64,000 bases of DNA from Macrostomum lignano (taxonomy: Eukaryota): positions 62,001 to 126,000 of the forward strand of contig NIVC01001758.1 in assembly GCA_002269645.1 (NCBI GenBank). The letters are read 5' to 3'. The notes beneath the pieces were generated by a model. That model was given only the letters and a program-made list of their open reading frames with translations, was not told the DNA's origin and made no database searches. Of this stretch, positions 52,019 to 64,000 are shown one piece after another. Made by a program: the position numbers and the translations under genes. Numbering within the stretch: the first letter of the stretch is position 1; the number at the start of each line of letters is the position of its first letter.

Positions 52019-53212
52019 AATTGTCAGTTCTTTTTAGACTGACACTGCTGATAGTAATATATAAAGAGAGTTTTTCGTTATTTTTGTATAATGTGTATTT
52101 TTTTACTCTATCTATGCCCACAAAACCTGAAGTTTTACAATCCACTCATTGGCTGTGATTTAATATCGAATATCGAATTCCACACACCTCTAAGTAACTC
52201 GAACTATCAATTAAATCTGCTTTTAGTGGCCTTCAAAATTCTAACAGTTATTGCAGCTTTTTATATTCAAACTCTACATTAAATTAGATTAGTTTTTGCA
52301 TATTATTTGCCTTCAGCTATCCGTCCAATTGAAAACAGACAGCGCCGACAGGTTTTTCTTCGCGCCACTATAACTAAGCCTTATTGTTATGTATATTTTT
52401 TCATGATAAACTTTTATATTTTAAAGACACCGCCAGATACATACACAGTGAAATTGCCTAAAATCGTCTGAACAAGTTTTTTTTCAAAAAACCCAAGCCA
52501 AAAAATGGTAAGTTTTTTTGCTACGGACTTGCTTACTTGCTTTTAATTGGAATTCTGTACGTCGTTGATTTTTCAATGTCCAATATGCAAAATTAGCGAA
52601 CGAGAGTGCGTCATGACCGAAACTTCAGCTAATAGTAATAGAATACTCGTATGGATGATATGCAGTGATGTAAGGAATTTATGTGAAAGTTAAGACTAAT
52701 CGGACTGTCCACTAATATTTGTCCTAGACTATATAGGCTACCAGATTATATTAGCCACAAAACGGTCATTCACTGTTGATATTACCGTAACATTCATGCG
52801 TATATAAGGAATACTTATTATTTTGTTTCAATATACTGCTTTTTACGAGCTATTATTTCTAGGAAACGAACCACAAGTGTAAAGAAAGTGGTTTGGTTTG
52901 GGTCTTGTTTGAATTTTCAAAATGTTGGGCTCGAATGTGTACTGTGTAGTAGGATATAGAAACTAGGTGTGGTCGCCAATTATTTTCTCCAAAAATAATA
53001 AAGTCGATAACAAGTATGGCAATCAGATTTGAAGTCGAATTGAATAATAATAAGTGAAGTAATTCAATTCAATATGCTAGTAACTTGAGCGAGCACTCGA
53101 ACGATTGACTGCAACTGTGACTAATTTAGTTGGGCGTTTTTATTAACGTCAATGATCTAATGAAGTAGAATACTAAAGTGGATAAACCTAAGGCTCTAAT
53201 GCTAAAATCTAA

Positions 53213-53496
53213 TGCTAATGAATGCTGTTATTAAGTGTTAAGACGCTAAGCTACGTTGTGACTCCCGATCCAGTAGCCCGAGTTGACCGTCGAACCGTCC
53301 CAGCGCGACGCTCTTTCCAATTTGAATAAATTTCTTATAAACTAAATAATAACAAAATAAGTAGATAACGTACGAATATACTACTACAATATTACAGAAT
53401 GAGGGGTATATATGGAAAATAATATAAATACAATATAAAACTAAGAAATTCTAAATAAAGTGCAAGATTTCAAAATCGAGCTATAATTTCATTACA
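53213..53496. repeat. Dispersed repeat, solo-LTR-like; copy 1
   Basis: Aligns by eye along its length with 63447-63721; both end ...ATTTCATTACA. Confidence 0.75.
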
Positions 53497-53747
53497 CAAG
53501 ATTTAGAATCATTCCGGAGCGGAGATTTATCTAGCCACTTCCTTACTCTCCTCAGTCTCCTCTCTCCTGTCTCCAAAAGCTGAAGTAGATTAGGGCCTAA
53601 TCGAGGAGAAGTATCTCGGATTATTCAAATAAATTTAGCTGGAGAGTCAGATATAAAAATTAAAAAGTGCGAAAAAATCAATTTTTAGCGTGCATCGTTC
53701 TTTTGAACTGTATTTAAGTATGTCAAGTTACTAAATTTATTCCTATA

Positions 53748-54500
53748 GGCCATAGTCAGGAAGGTGGCAAGTGCACGCGGGAATCAATTTATGGAAAAAT
53801 CTTTGGTGCACGCCAATGTACGCCAATTTTTTAAAACCCTTAACATGACGTTTCTGTTGCACGCCAAAAATCTTAAATACCAAAAATCATGTACGCCGAA
53901 AATTGTGTATACCAAAATCCTGTATGCCAAAAGTGGTTACACCGTCTGTTTACCCTACAGTAAATTGTAAAAATTTGAATATTAACCGTATTAGATAATT
54001 TTTAAATAAATTTTCTACTTACGTTAAACAAAGTTTATATAAAAAAAGGAAATTCGCTACAAAGAACATAGTGAGCATCAAAAACTTTTTCTTTACATTT
54101 CAAGAAACAAATAAACTAAAAGTCTACAAGAGTCACAAAATAAGAGCGTTTAAAAGTTATTGGATATTTTAATTTTAATGTAAGCTGTAGAGTGTCAGGC
54201 CTGGCTGTAGGCTAGGCTGTTGCCTCAACTAGTTGGTTTAATCAATATTCAAATTCAATTGTTCACGTTTAACTTTATATATTGTATATATATAGTGTAT
54301 ACATCTATATCTGACTTGTTGATATACTGTCAGTTTGTAATTGCACGCCAAGGTTACACGCCAAGTAAAAAACTTGTACGCTGAAAATTTAAGCGTGGCT
54401 TGAGACCCCATTTGCACGCCAACTTTGCACGCCAAAATTTTAGCGTGGCTTGTGCACGCGGGAAAATTCCCGCATGCAGGCCACCTTCCTGAGTATGGCC
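53748..54500. mobile_element. Non-autonomous TIR element (MITE), 753 bp
   Basis: TIR GGCCATA(G/C)TCAGGAAGGTGGC; flanked by TATA on both sides (53744-53747 and 54501-54504); internal TGCACGCC repeats. Superfamily not assigned. Confidence 0.85.
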
Positions 54501-55238
54501 TATAGGCCCTAATAAAAAGAATAGAAAATATGAGCTGAGTTGGCCGATATTTGCAATTAGGATAAAAACCACAAATTGACTAGGCCTATCACCTATGAAA
54601 CTAAGCAATAAAACATAACATAGGCCTAGCAATTAGTTGGCAGATTAAACAAACAGCAAAGAGAGACAAAATGGAGTTTCTTTTTCTTTTTCTCTTCAAG
54701 AATCCAGCATCTATTAGGCAAACTACCAGTTTAGTTGATGAGCTTCTTTTTTCCTTTAGGCTGAATTGGAATCTGTTGGATTAGCAAACAAACAATTTTG
54801 GATATCTGCCTAGGCAGCTAGGCCTAATCATTGCAAAGACAACTTTCATATTTTTTATGTCACATTTAAAAGATGCTAGGCCTATTTTGCTTTTAGATTT
54901 CTAAAGGAGTATTTTGATTTTATCAAGTATATACATTATCAAAAAACTGTCTTTAAATTATCTAAACAACAAGTCTATATACATGTATTATATTGCTATC
55001 TGCCATACCATTTTTTCTAAAAGCAAATTGGATAGATTGGATATGATAGCTACTCTGGTAGGGTTCCACCAAATTTGTCAACAAAGCTACCTTATTAGAC
55101 ATTGTTGATAAATTTTGTTATTTGACTATCCAATATATTTATATGTATTAAAAATGGTATATACAAAATACTAATACTAAAAATATAAAAATGAAATACA
55201 AAAGCCTATTTTGAAATTAAAATTAAAGCAGATGCATG

Positions 55239-55916
55239 TAGAGCTCGAACGGGAGCAGAATTTTCGGGATCGGGCGGGATCGGGATTGAAAATAATTTCG
55301 GGATCGGGATTCGGGATTAGTATTCGGGATTCGGGAATCTGGGATCTGGGAATATATTACTTACTAACTAATGAATCAAGGATTCAAGGATAGTTTTATC
55401 TGACTATAAACCCATGAGGGGCTTTTCATATTGTCAATTCTTGTTCCATAGCCTAAAAATTATCGGAATACTTGATGGAATAGTTAATGGAAAAGTTAAC
55501 AGAATATTTAACGGAAAAGTTAATGGAAAAGTTGACGAAAAAGTTGACGGCCAAAGTTATACTCGTCTTTTTTCTTGTAAAATTCTGTTTCTGGAATTGC
55601 TTCGTGAAAAGCCTCATACTCGTTAGTTCATTATTTACGAGTACAACTCTTTACAAATCTGTTACTAAGTAAAAATCTGCTGCTTTATTTGGTGAATTCA
55701 AGGTCAGACTTTCAACATATTTATAGTTGCTATTACAAAAATTAGTTTAGTATTGATTACTGCTCTTGATTGTTGAAAGCATCATCTTCATTATCAATCT
55801 ATTGTGCTCCCGAATCCCGAGTTCTCTAAGCCTTCGGGATCCCGATCCCGAATTCCCGAAAAATCTTCGGGATCCCGAGAATTCGAGATCGGGATCGGGA
55901 TCCCGTTCGAGCTCTA
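55239..55916. mobile_element. Non-autonomous hAT-type element, 678 bp
   Basis: Perfect 16-bp TIR TAGAGCTCGAACGGGA; exact 8-bp TSD GATGCATG (55231-55238 and 55917-55924); subterminal TCGGGA repeats at both ends. Confidence 0.92.
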
Positions 55917-58454
55917 GATGCATGGTTATTTATATATTCATTTTTATGCAAAATTAAAGTTAAAATAACAATTTAAATAAAAATTTAAAATTCTAGCATT
56001 TTTAAAAATGAAAAAATTCTAATACTGTCTCTAAACTATAAAAACTAAAGAATTAAAAAATTAAACATAAAAACTAAAAATTCAATATACCATGCTGCAC
56101 TTTTGGAGAAGCTCCATAGGTGTCAGCTCCTAATTGTCATATTTGCAATATATTGCTTTCAATTGATTGTCTATTTGACAATACTTGGCATATTTCATTT
56201 GGCCATTTTTGCCTTGCAAAATAAGCTAGGTAGCTAGGCCTATATGTCTGCCAATAGAGCCTCTTTGTAAAGCAGCTCTAAAAGCATGTATAGCTATAAC
56301 TGGCCTCTGTAGACATGTGTTTTCAAATGACAGTGCCAGCCTTCAAGTTCAACCTTATTCTTTGTCTGCATGCTACACTTGTAGATGCTAACATTGTGGA
56401 CACTCCAAATTGGGTGGTCTAGCCAAATGGCTTTGGCATATTCGTATACATGGCACATCTATAGGTCCTACATCTACTGCACTAAGTAGCCAAATATTGC
56501 ATGCATGGTGTGGCTAGGCAAAAAAGATAGAAACATCAGCTGCTTTAGAGAGTCCTTTACTGCCTAGTTGGTTAAAAATGCCTATTAATCCATTTTAATT
56601 ATGGTGCCATATAAATATATATATATATGCATCTACATGTACATGTACCTACTTCTATATAGAGTACATGTATTTTCAAGCCTATTTATCTATTACAGAC
56701 CTTCCTGTTGAAGCTTTTAAGTTTTATCTCATGTTGGACACATCTAGCTAGATATCTCTGGCTGGACACCATCTAATTAGAAACCATCTGGCTAGAAATA
56801 GTCTGGCTGGACACTGTCTGGCTAGACATTGTCCAGTTAGACACTATCTGGCTTGCAGCATATATATGTAGGGCATTTCTAGGCAAATGTCTCCCTCTTC
56901 CAGGGACATGAAATTTGTATACTATGTACATGCAGTATATATATATATATGCACAGGCAAACTGTACCTTTTAGGCAAACTTAATATATCCATTGGTGGC
57001 AATCATGACAGAGATTGAGAAGTGCATGTTCACAAGGTTGTACCATTGGTTTGCAGATGCTACAACAGTCAGCTATACTGATAATTACAAGAGCAAAAAG
57101 TTATTAACCAATCACCTAATTTATAATTTGGATATATCAGCCCCCTTATTTACAATGGGTGGTGACTGCAAGTGTAAGTGTAACAAAGCATATATGCAGC
57201 ACACAAGCTGTACAATTGACCCTGACAGACTCTGGATATACATGTATAATATATATCTGAATATTTAACTATGTACAACTATGTAAATAGTAAAAATTGC
57301 CCAAATTGTTATTGCATGTATATTCATGAAGTCATATGAAGTCTAACAATGATTTGCTCATTAAGTAAAAACAATTTTACATTATTGAAATACATCACAA
57401 CTTTAAGTAAGTCTACTTTAATTGTTGACAAATTTGCTCAGCTTGTTTTAACTATTGACAAATTTGACTTCCTCCAATTTCTTACATTTTAGGTTTATTG
57501 ACAAGTTAGATATTAACAAATTTAGTATAATCCCTCTGGTAGATTAGGGCAATGTGTACTATGGATAAGGCTTATGGCCTAGTCTTAATATGTAGGGATA
57601 GTCCTCACAAGTATAGTCAAGGTAAGGTATAGCATTTTAAGAATGTTAAGAGAATAAATGTAAAATGAACATTTGCATATCATCTTTATTTTCTTAATCA
57701 ACTACTTGTATCATCTATAAGATTTATTAATGTTTGTGTAACATGTTTCCCTAAACCATTGGCATCTTTAGGCATGAAGTCAATATCCTCAATTAAATAA
57801 AAAGATGGTACATTGAAAGTAGATAACTTTATACTCTGGTAATTAATTATAGTTGATAGTTTCAAATTTCTTAGTGTTTCTAATTTTGGTGCATTAGTTG
57901 CACATGAGGAGATAGTTGTATATCTAGCACTTTAAGTCTTTATAAGAGTAGACTATTGTAAGCAATACTATAACATGTCCCAGTAATTTAAAGAATATTA
58001 ATGTATATAATAGTCAAAATTCATAATAAGAATAGGCTATTGTATTCAATGCTGCAATATAGTTCTAACAGTTTAGCGTATATAGAGTATAGGTGCCTAT
58101 CATAGATATAAGTGCATGCAATCCCTAGCAATAGTGAGCTAATATATTAAATACTGCAATATAGTCTTAGCAAATCATGCTATAACTACAGTATAAGAAA
58201 GCAACTTTACTCCTATTTGGGTCATTTAATAAATTTGGTATTATAGTTGGGATCTTCCATTTTGGATTGTGAAGAATCAATTCCAATTGCTTTATTTTTT
58301 TCAAAAGCAAAATATTTCTTTATATGAAACTTAAACAATAAATCAAGAACATTTCAATTTTCATTATTTTCCAGATAAATTAAACAAACTTGATATCAGA
58401 AAACGATTTCAATAACTACACGAAATTAGCCAGCTGACTGACTGATTGATTGAC

Positions 58455-61400
58455 ATGTTAGCTGGAGAGGCTGCTGCCAATGGCGGAAGCGGCGGCAGCG
58501 GAAGCAGCGCCAATTCAGCGCCAAGAAGCTACGGCGGTCACTCCATAGCTAGCAATGTTCAGCGGCTGTGCCTCAAAATTCTCGAAACCTGCAGGTTGCA
58601 GGCAGACTCGCCTGAGCTCCGTCGGCAGGTGAGGTTACGGGACGACCCCTGCTTTGATTCCATGCGCAAACACATTCATTTGGAGCTTGTGTACACACAC
58701 GGATAACTAGAATAACTAAACGGGCCACTCAGCAAATTTGCGTGTAAGCTACTTTCAGTTCAGTAGTAAGTTAAACTTCAGCATTTTAATGTATTTTAAA
58801 GCCAAGGCTCATTTATTGGCTCTTACCCCCGGCCCCAGCTTGAAGCCTCCAACCGCGCCTTTCCACACTACCCCTCCGTCTCGCCCCATTTTTTATTGCC
58901 TTTCTCGGAATTCCAGCCTAAAGCTGCCATGTACATTTCAGTGGCTGGCTAATGTACATTATTGCTTGTCCAATTAGCAAGTTGTTTACGCCTGCAAGCT
59001 TTGGTCTTTTAAACTTATCAAAGTCATTTCAGCCGCCTTAATTTTTATAAAATAGCTTATATATTCTTCTTTGCTACTGAACTGAAAGTAGAAAGCTGTT
59101 TTGCTAAATATCTGTGGTATACACTAAAATTCAAACCTTATGAGGGCCAACCTCCAAGGCACAGAGAGTGTACATACCTGATGATTAGACAGTCAGGGCC
59201 GCTGTACACCCTGTGTGAGCGAGTGTATGAGTGAGTGCCTGCGTGCACAACCCACAAACTTGCAAATATAGTTTTTATATTTTCACCGCCAGGTGCAATT
59301 CTGCTGCCGAGTTATCGACGCCCACGACACTGGCGAAGTGTTCACCGAGGCGGACATTGACGATCAGCTGTGCCGGCGATTTCGCGAACAGCATCGCGAA
59401 TTGGACGTTGCTAATTATAGAAATTTGCGGCGGTCGCTGCGCGAGGCCAGGTACTTTCGCAGGCCGGTGGAGCTGCAGCAGTTCCTGTTTAGGATGTCCT
59501 GCGAGTCTGCCGGCACTCATCAGGCTGCTAACGGGGCCCAGAAGGAGCAGCTGATACGACTGTTCACCAAGCGACAGCCGCCGCCAGTTCCGCCGCCTCC
59601 TTCGTCGACAGCATCTCGCCAGCAGGTGAAACGCAGCGCCACCCAGCTGATGCCGAGCGCCGCTGGCACTGCTGGCATGTCCCGGTCGCCGTCTGCCGCG
59701 CTGCTGGCGCCTCCGGACGCTGTTGCAGCCTCCTCCGATGGAGGAGCCACCAGCGGCCTAGCCAGGAGTGTCAGCGCCCGTCAGCTGAACAACAACAGCG
59801 CCTCACAGCGGCAGCAGCCGCAGGGCAGGCAGTCGGCGAATTCAACTGGCGATCTGTCAGAGCTGGACCTGCTGAGAGAGCTGCTCTACTGCTTGCAGGG
59901 CATCGATGGTGGCGCTTTTCGCTACGATCCGAATTTGCAATCGTTTCAGCCTACTCAGCTGGTTAGTAGCTTAGTTGAGATTGTTTCTTTTATTTTTTGT
60001 GTTGCATAATAAAAAGTATAATTCTTGTGAGTTATACTGATTGCGTCATGAAGTTACTTTGTCGGTGCTGAATTGCCCTTGCAGATTTTTATTCAGGAGT
60101 CTAAATTCCCCTTTAAGGCTTTTAGTATGTTGCTTAATTCCCCTCTCTGATTCCCAGTTAGAGGCTAAATTCTCTCTTTGATTCTCAGTTGGAAGCTAAA
60201 TTCCCCTCTTTGATTCTCAGTTGGAGGCTAAAGTTCCCTCTTTGATTCTCAGTTGGAAGCTAAATTCCCCTGTTTGGTTCTCAGTTGGAGGCTAAATTCC
60301 CTCTTTGATTCTCAGTTGGAGACTAAATTCCCCTCTGATTCTCAGTTTTCTATGAGTCTCGATTCCCCTTTAAAGATTTTAAATTGGAAGCTAAATTCCC
60401 CTTTGATATTTTCAGTTAGAGGCTAAATTCCCTTTAAGACCATCTGATGTACTACTGCTACTTACTACTTACAACCGCCTCCCTCAGATCCGCCTGCCCC
60501 CATCCACGCTAAAATCGGCCATGTGGATCGCCGAATGCGGTTGGCTGCACCGGAAAATCAAATTATTTGTTGAGGCCAAGAAGTCCGAACGCACATTCGG
60601 CTGCCTTGGCCAGAGTTTTTGCGCCGCTCTGCACGCTCAGCTCAGGCGATTCTGCGAACTGTTGGCCGCCATCGAGTCCCAGCTGGCCGGACAGGAGGAC
60701 TCGGCCGATCCGGCCGTCTGCGAGCCGTCCGGCATGACTTTGAAGCGGCTGGCTGTCTGGGTGTCCGAGCCTCATCAGAGGCTGCGTCTGCTAGCCGGTC
60801 TGGTGGACGCTTGCCGCACTAAGAAAGGCGGCGCATTAGTGTCCGAGATTTACGCCTGGCGTTTCCATGGCAACCCGGAGATTGAGGCCACGGTAGCGCA
60901 TCTGCTCACTGAGGTGTGCAAGCCGCTGTTTCACACCGTGTGCAGATGGATTCTTGACGGCGAGTTGGAGGACACCTGCCAGGAGTTCTTTGTGGCAGCC
61001 AACCCTACGGTGGGTGCCGATAGACTGTGGCAGAGCAAGTACACTCTGAGGAAGAATATGATTCCCAGGTAATTTATGCTGTTTTGGGCTATTCCATAGG
61101 CTGCTAAATTCCCCCTGTTAATCAGTAATAACTGATTGCTAAATTTCCCTTTCTGTTCATCACTAACTGAGTTCTAACTTCCCCTTTCTGTTCATAAGTA
61201 ACTGATTGCTAAATTCCCCTTTCTGTTAATCACTAACTGAGTTCTGAATTCCCCTTTCTGTTCATCAGTAATTGAATTATAAATTCCCTTTTCTGTTGAT
61301 CAATAACTGATTGCTAAATTCCCCTTTCTGTTCATCAGTAATTGAATTATAAATTCCCTTTTCTGTTGATCAATAACTGATTGCTAAATTCCCCTTTCTG

Positions 61401-63139
61401 TTCATCAGTAACTGAGTTCTAAATTCCCCTTTCTGTTCATCAGTAACTGAGTTCTAAATTCCCCTTTCTGTTCATCAGTAACTGAGTTCTAAATTCCCCT
61501 TTCTGTTCATCACTAATTGAGTTGTAAATTCCCCTTTCTGTTCATCAGTAACTAAGTGCTAAATTCCCCTTTCTGTTCATCAGTAACTGAGTTCTGAATT
61601 CCCCTTTCTGTTCATCAGTAACTGAGTTCTGAATTCCCCTTTCTGTTCATCAGTAATTGACTGCTAAATTCCACTATCTATTCTTCAATGATTAGGTACT
61701 AAATTCCCATATTTATACTATAATTATAAACACTAAAAATAGAGTATTATTATGGAAAATTTCTGTAAAATGTTTTACTTTCTACTATAAGTAGGCCACC
61801 GCGAGACAAATGCTATTTTAATTTTAGATTCATCACGGCTGAACAGGCCAGAAAGATTCTACTAACTGGCAAGGCCATCAATTTCCTGCGCTTAGTGTGC
61901 GGCGAGCGCCGGCTGCAAAGTCTACGCCCGCAGTCCAGCAAAACCGTGGCGTTGCCGTCGCCGCACGCTATGCTGAGCCAGACCCTCGATCCCAGCTTTG
62001 ATCGAATGGTATCGGACACTTACAGAGACGCCAGTCAGCATCTGTTGCGCATCCTGTTCACCAAGTATCATTTTATTGATCACCTCAAAGCGCTGCGCCG
62101 CTACCTGCTGCTTGGTCAGGGCGATTTCATCTGCCACCTGATGGACCTGCTGGAGGCGGATCTGTCCTTGCCAGCTGGCCAGCTGTACGCTCACAATCTG
62201 TTCGGCATTCTTGAGACTGCTAAGCGGGCCACCAATGCTCAGTTTGAGCCCAGTTACATTATTGAGAGGTGGGCGTTGCTTGTTTTTAATTGTTTTGCTT
62301 CGAATCTCTTTGCTAAGGAATCAAAATCTCTCAATAAGGAATGTCGCCTGCAAAATCGGGAGACGGGCATCCTAAAATATAAAAATCTCACCCAAGCTAT
62401 CAAAATCTCACCAAAGCTACCAAAATCTCACCCAAGCTATCAAAATCTCACCCATGCTACCAGAATCTCACCCATGCTACCAAAATCTCACCCAAGCTAC
62501 CAAAATCTCACCCAAATCTCCCGTTCCCGCCACACAAAATCCACAGGCTGGATGTCCGCAAGCTGGACGTGTCCCCTGGCGACACCGGCTGGGACGTGTT
62601 CTCACTCTACTACAACGTAGACGGCCCATTGAGCACAGTGCTCACAGACGAATGCTTAACTTCCTATTTGCGAGCGTTCAACTTTTTGTGGCGCTCCAAA
62701 CGCATGGAGCACATCCTGGCCGGGCTGTCCCGCAAGAGCGTGTCCGAGGGCCGCCGGCTGGCCGCCAGGATGCCGCGGGCTGGCGGCCTGCTGCATCGCT
62801 GCCAGCTGATCGGCCACGAGATGGCCCACTTTGTGCAACAGTTCCAGTACTACGTCAGCTTCGAGACGTTGGAATGCGCCTGGCTTGACCTGCTGGCCGC
62901 CGTTAAAGGAGCCTGCGATCTAGACGCCGTAATCGGAGCTCATCAGCGTTTCCTAGCAACCGTAGTCACTAGGTGCCTGCTAGACGAGCGATCTAGGGAG
63001 ATTCTCACCCAACTGCGGGCGGTGTTCGACCTTATCATCCAGTATGAGCACGCACTGGGGGCAATGTTCGATGCGCTTAGCGAGGAGGCGGCTATCCGGG
63101 ATCGGTTCGAGGATGAGACTGAGAGGGCTACCAAAGCTG
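58455..63139 (+). CDS. TUBGCP3: Gamma-tubulin complex component 3, 3-prime partial; exons 58455-58628, 59293-59961, 60488-61068, 61828-62268, 62547-63139; continues beyond the window
   Basis: Motifs LLRELLYCLQGIDG, ECGWLHRKI, GQSFCAAL, HGNP, WILDGELEDTCQEFFV, KILLTGKAINFL, HLKALRRYLLLGQGDFI and RLDVRKLDVSPGDTGWDVFSLYY; GT-AG introns of phase 0, 0, 2, 2, 1 keep the frame. Confidence 0.93.
60125..60440. repeat. About 32-bp repeat AAATTCCCCTCTTTGATTCTCAGTTGGAGGCT in TUBGCP3 intron 2
   Basis: Degenerate tandem units. Confidence 0.88.
61085..61715. repeat. 35-bp repeat AAATTCCCCTTTCTGTTCATCAGTAACTGAGTTCT in TUBGCP3 intron 3
   Basis: About 17 units. Confidence 0.94.
62375..62520. repeat. 20-bp repeat AAAATCTCACCCAAGCTATC in TUBGCP3 intron 4
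   Basis: About 7 units. Confidence 0.9.
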
Positions 63140-63174
63140 GTGAGCTTATTGCTGATTTATATACATTTGGGGCT

Positions 63175-63450
63175 GAAGGTTTGCTAATCTATGGCTCTGT
63201 GGATTGCTAATCTATGGTTCTGTGGATTGCTAATCTATGGCTCTGTGGATTGCTAATCAATGGCTCTGTGGATTGCTAATCTATGGCTCTGTGGATTGCT
63301 AATCAATGGCTCTGTGGATTGCTAATCTATGGTTTTGTGGATTGCTAATCTATGGTTCTGTGGATTGCTAATCTATGGCTCTGTGGATTGCTAATCTATG
63401 GCTCTGTGGATTGCTAATCTATGGCTCTGTGGATTGGTAATCTATGGCTA
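63175..63450. repeat. 23-bp repeat GCTAATCTATGGCTCTGTGGATT in TUBGCP3 intron 5
   Basis: About 12 units. Confidence 0.93.
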
Positions 63451-63721
63451 ATGAATGCTGATATTAAGTGTTAAGACGCTAAGCTACGTTGTGACTCACG
63501 ACCCAATAGCCCGAGTTGACCGTCCAACCGTGCCCCAGTGCGACGCTCTTTCCCATTTGAATATATTTCTTATAAATTAAATTATATCAAAATAAGTAGA
63601 TAACGTACGAATATACTACTACAATATTACTACTGCAATGGAAAATAATATAAATACAATATAAAACTAAGAAATTCTAAATAAAGTACAATATTCAAAA
63701 TCGAGCTATAATTTCATTACA
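63447..63721. repeat. Dispersed repeat, solo-LTR-like; copy 2
   Basis: Homologous to 53213-53496; the segment 63459-63721 is TG...CA and flanked by AATGC on both sides. Confidence 0.75.
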
Positions 63722-64000
63722 AATGCCCTCCCTGCGAAAAATAAGCCAATGTCCTCATTATACTACTGCAATACACTAAGAGCATACATTAACCACATAA
63801 TAGATGTAATAATGTTACGGATATGATGGGAAACAGAACAACAGACTACGGAACGGCAACAATGTCAAACAGCACATTTCTAACCGAAGACAAACACAAA
63901 AATATGCGCTTGGGAAAATGCAACTGCGACACACCAGCACAGAAAGCGAATCAAATGCGCTCATAAGTTGTACACCACGACCAAGAAATGGCGGGGAAAC

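Noticed and set aside
59177-59200. CTGATGA suggesting a hammerhead ribozyme or C/D box
   Set aside because: No GAAA plus stem II hammerhead core and no matching terminal D-box arrangement; kept only as part of the hairpin finding.

Overview
Eukaryotic (metazoan) genomic DNA with GC-rich exons, GT-AG introns and about 30 micro- and minisatellite arrays. The style resembles a free-living flatworm such as Macrostomum, which is an inference only. Supported genes: an intronless LRR single-pass membrane protein with a Toll-like ectodomain but no TIR domain (5628-8231); two head-to-head secreted PAN/Apple plus LamG-like paralogs (23254-24899 minus, 28862-30429 plus); MFSD13A/TMEM180 (4 exons); a 4-exon ARM-like/TIR_2/SAM-like protein; and the first 5 exons of TUBGCP3. 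Mobile DNA: a compact, young Ty3/Gypsy element (16023-20978, minus) inserted in a 22-bp minisatellite, with 181-bp LTRs differing at one base, a TAGC TSD, a tRNA-Leu PBS, a PPT and a GGGAAAC slippery site followed by an H-type pseudoknot; a nest of Gypsy, Crypton and Tc1/IS630-like relics (32.2-35.2 kb); two TIR-bounded MITEs; and a twice-present solo-LTR-like repeat. Main observations: 12 of 13 inferred coding introns each carry their own tandem array; the two paralogs have introns at non-homologous positions; several repeat units embed splice-site-like motifs; two near CpG-free tracts contrast with CpG-rich surroundings; and a TIR-less Toll-like receptor lies about 39 kb from a cytosolic TIR protein. 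All coordinates and alignments were done by eye, with no database searches.
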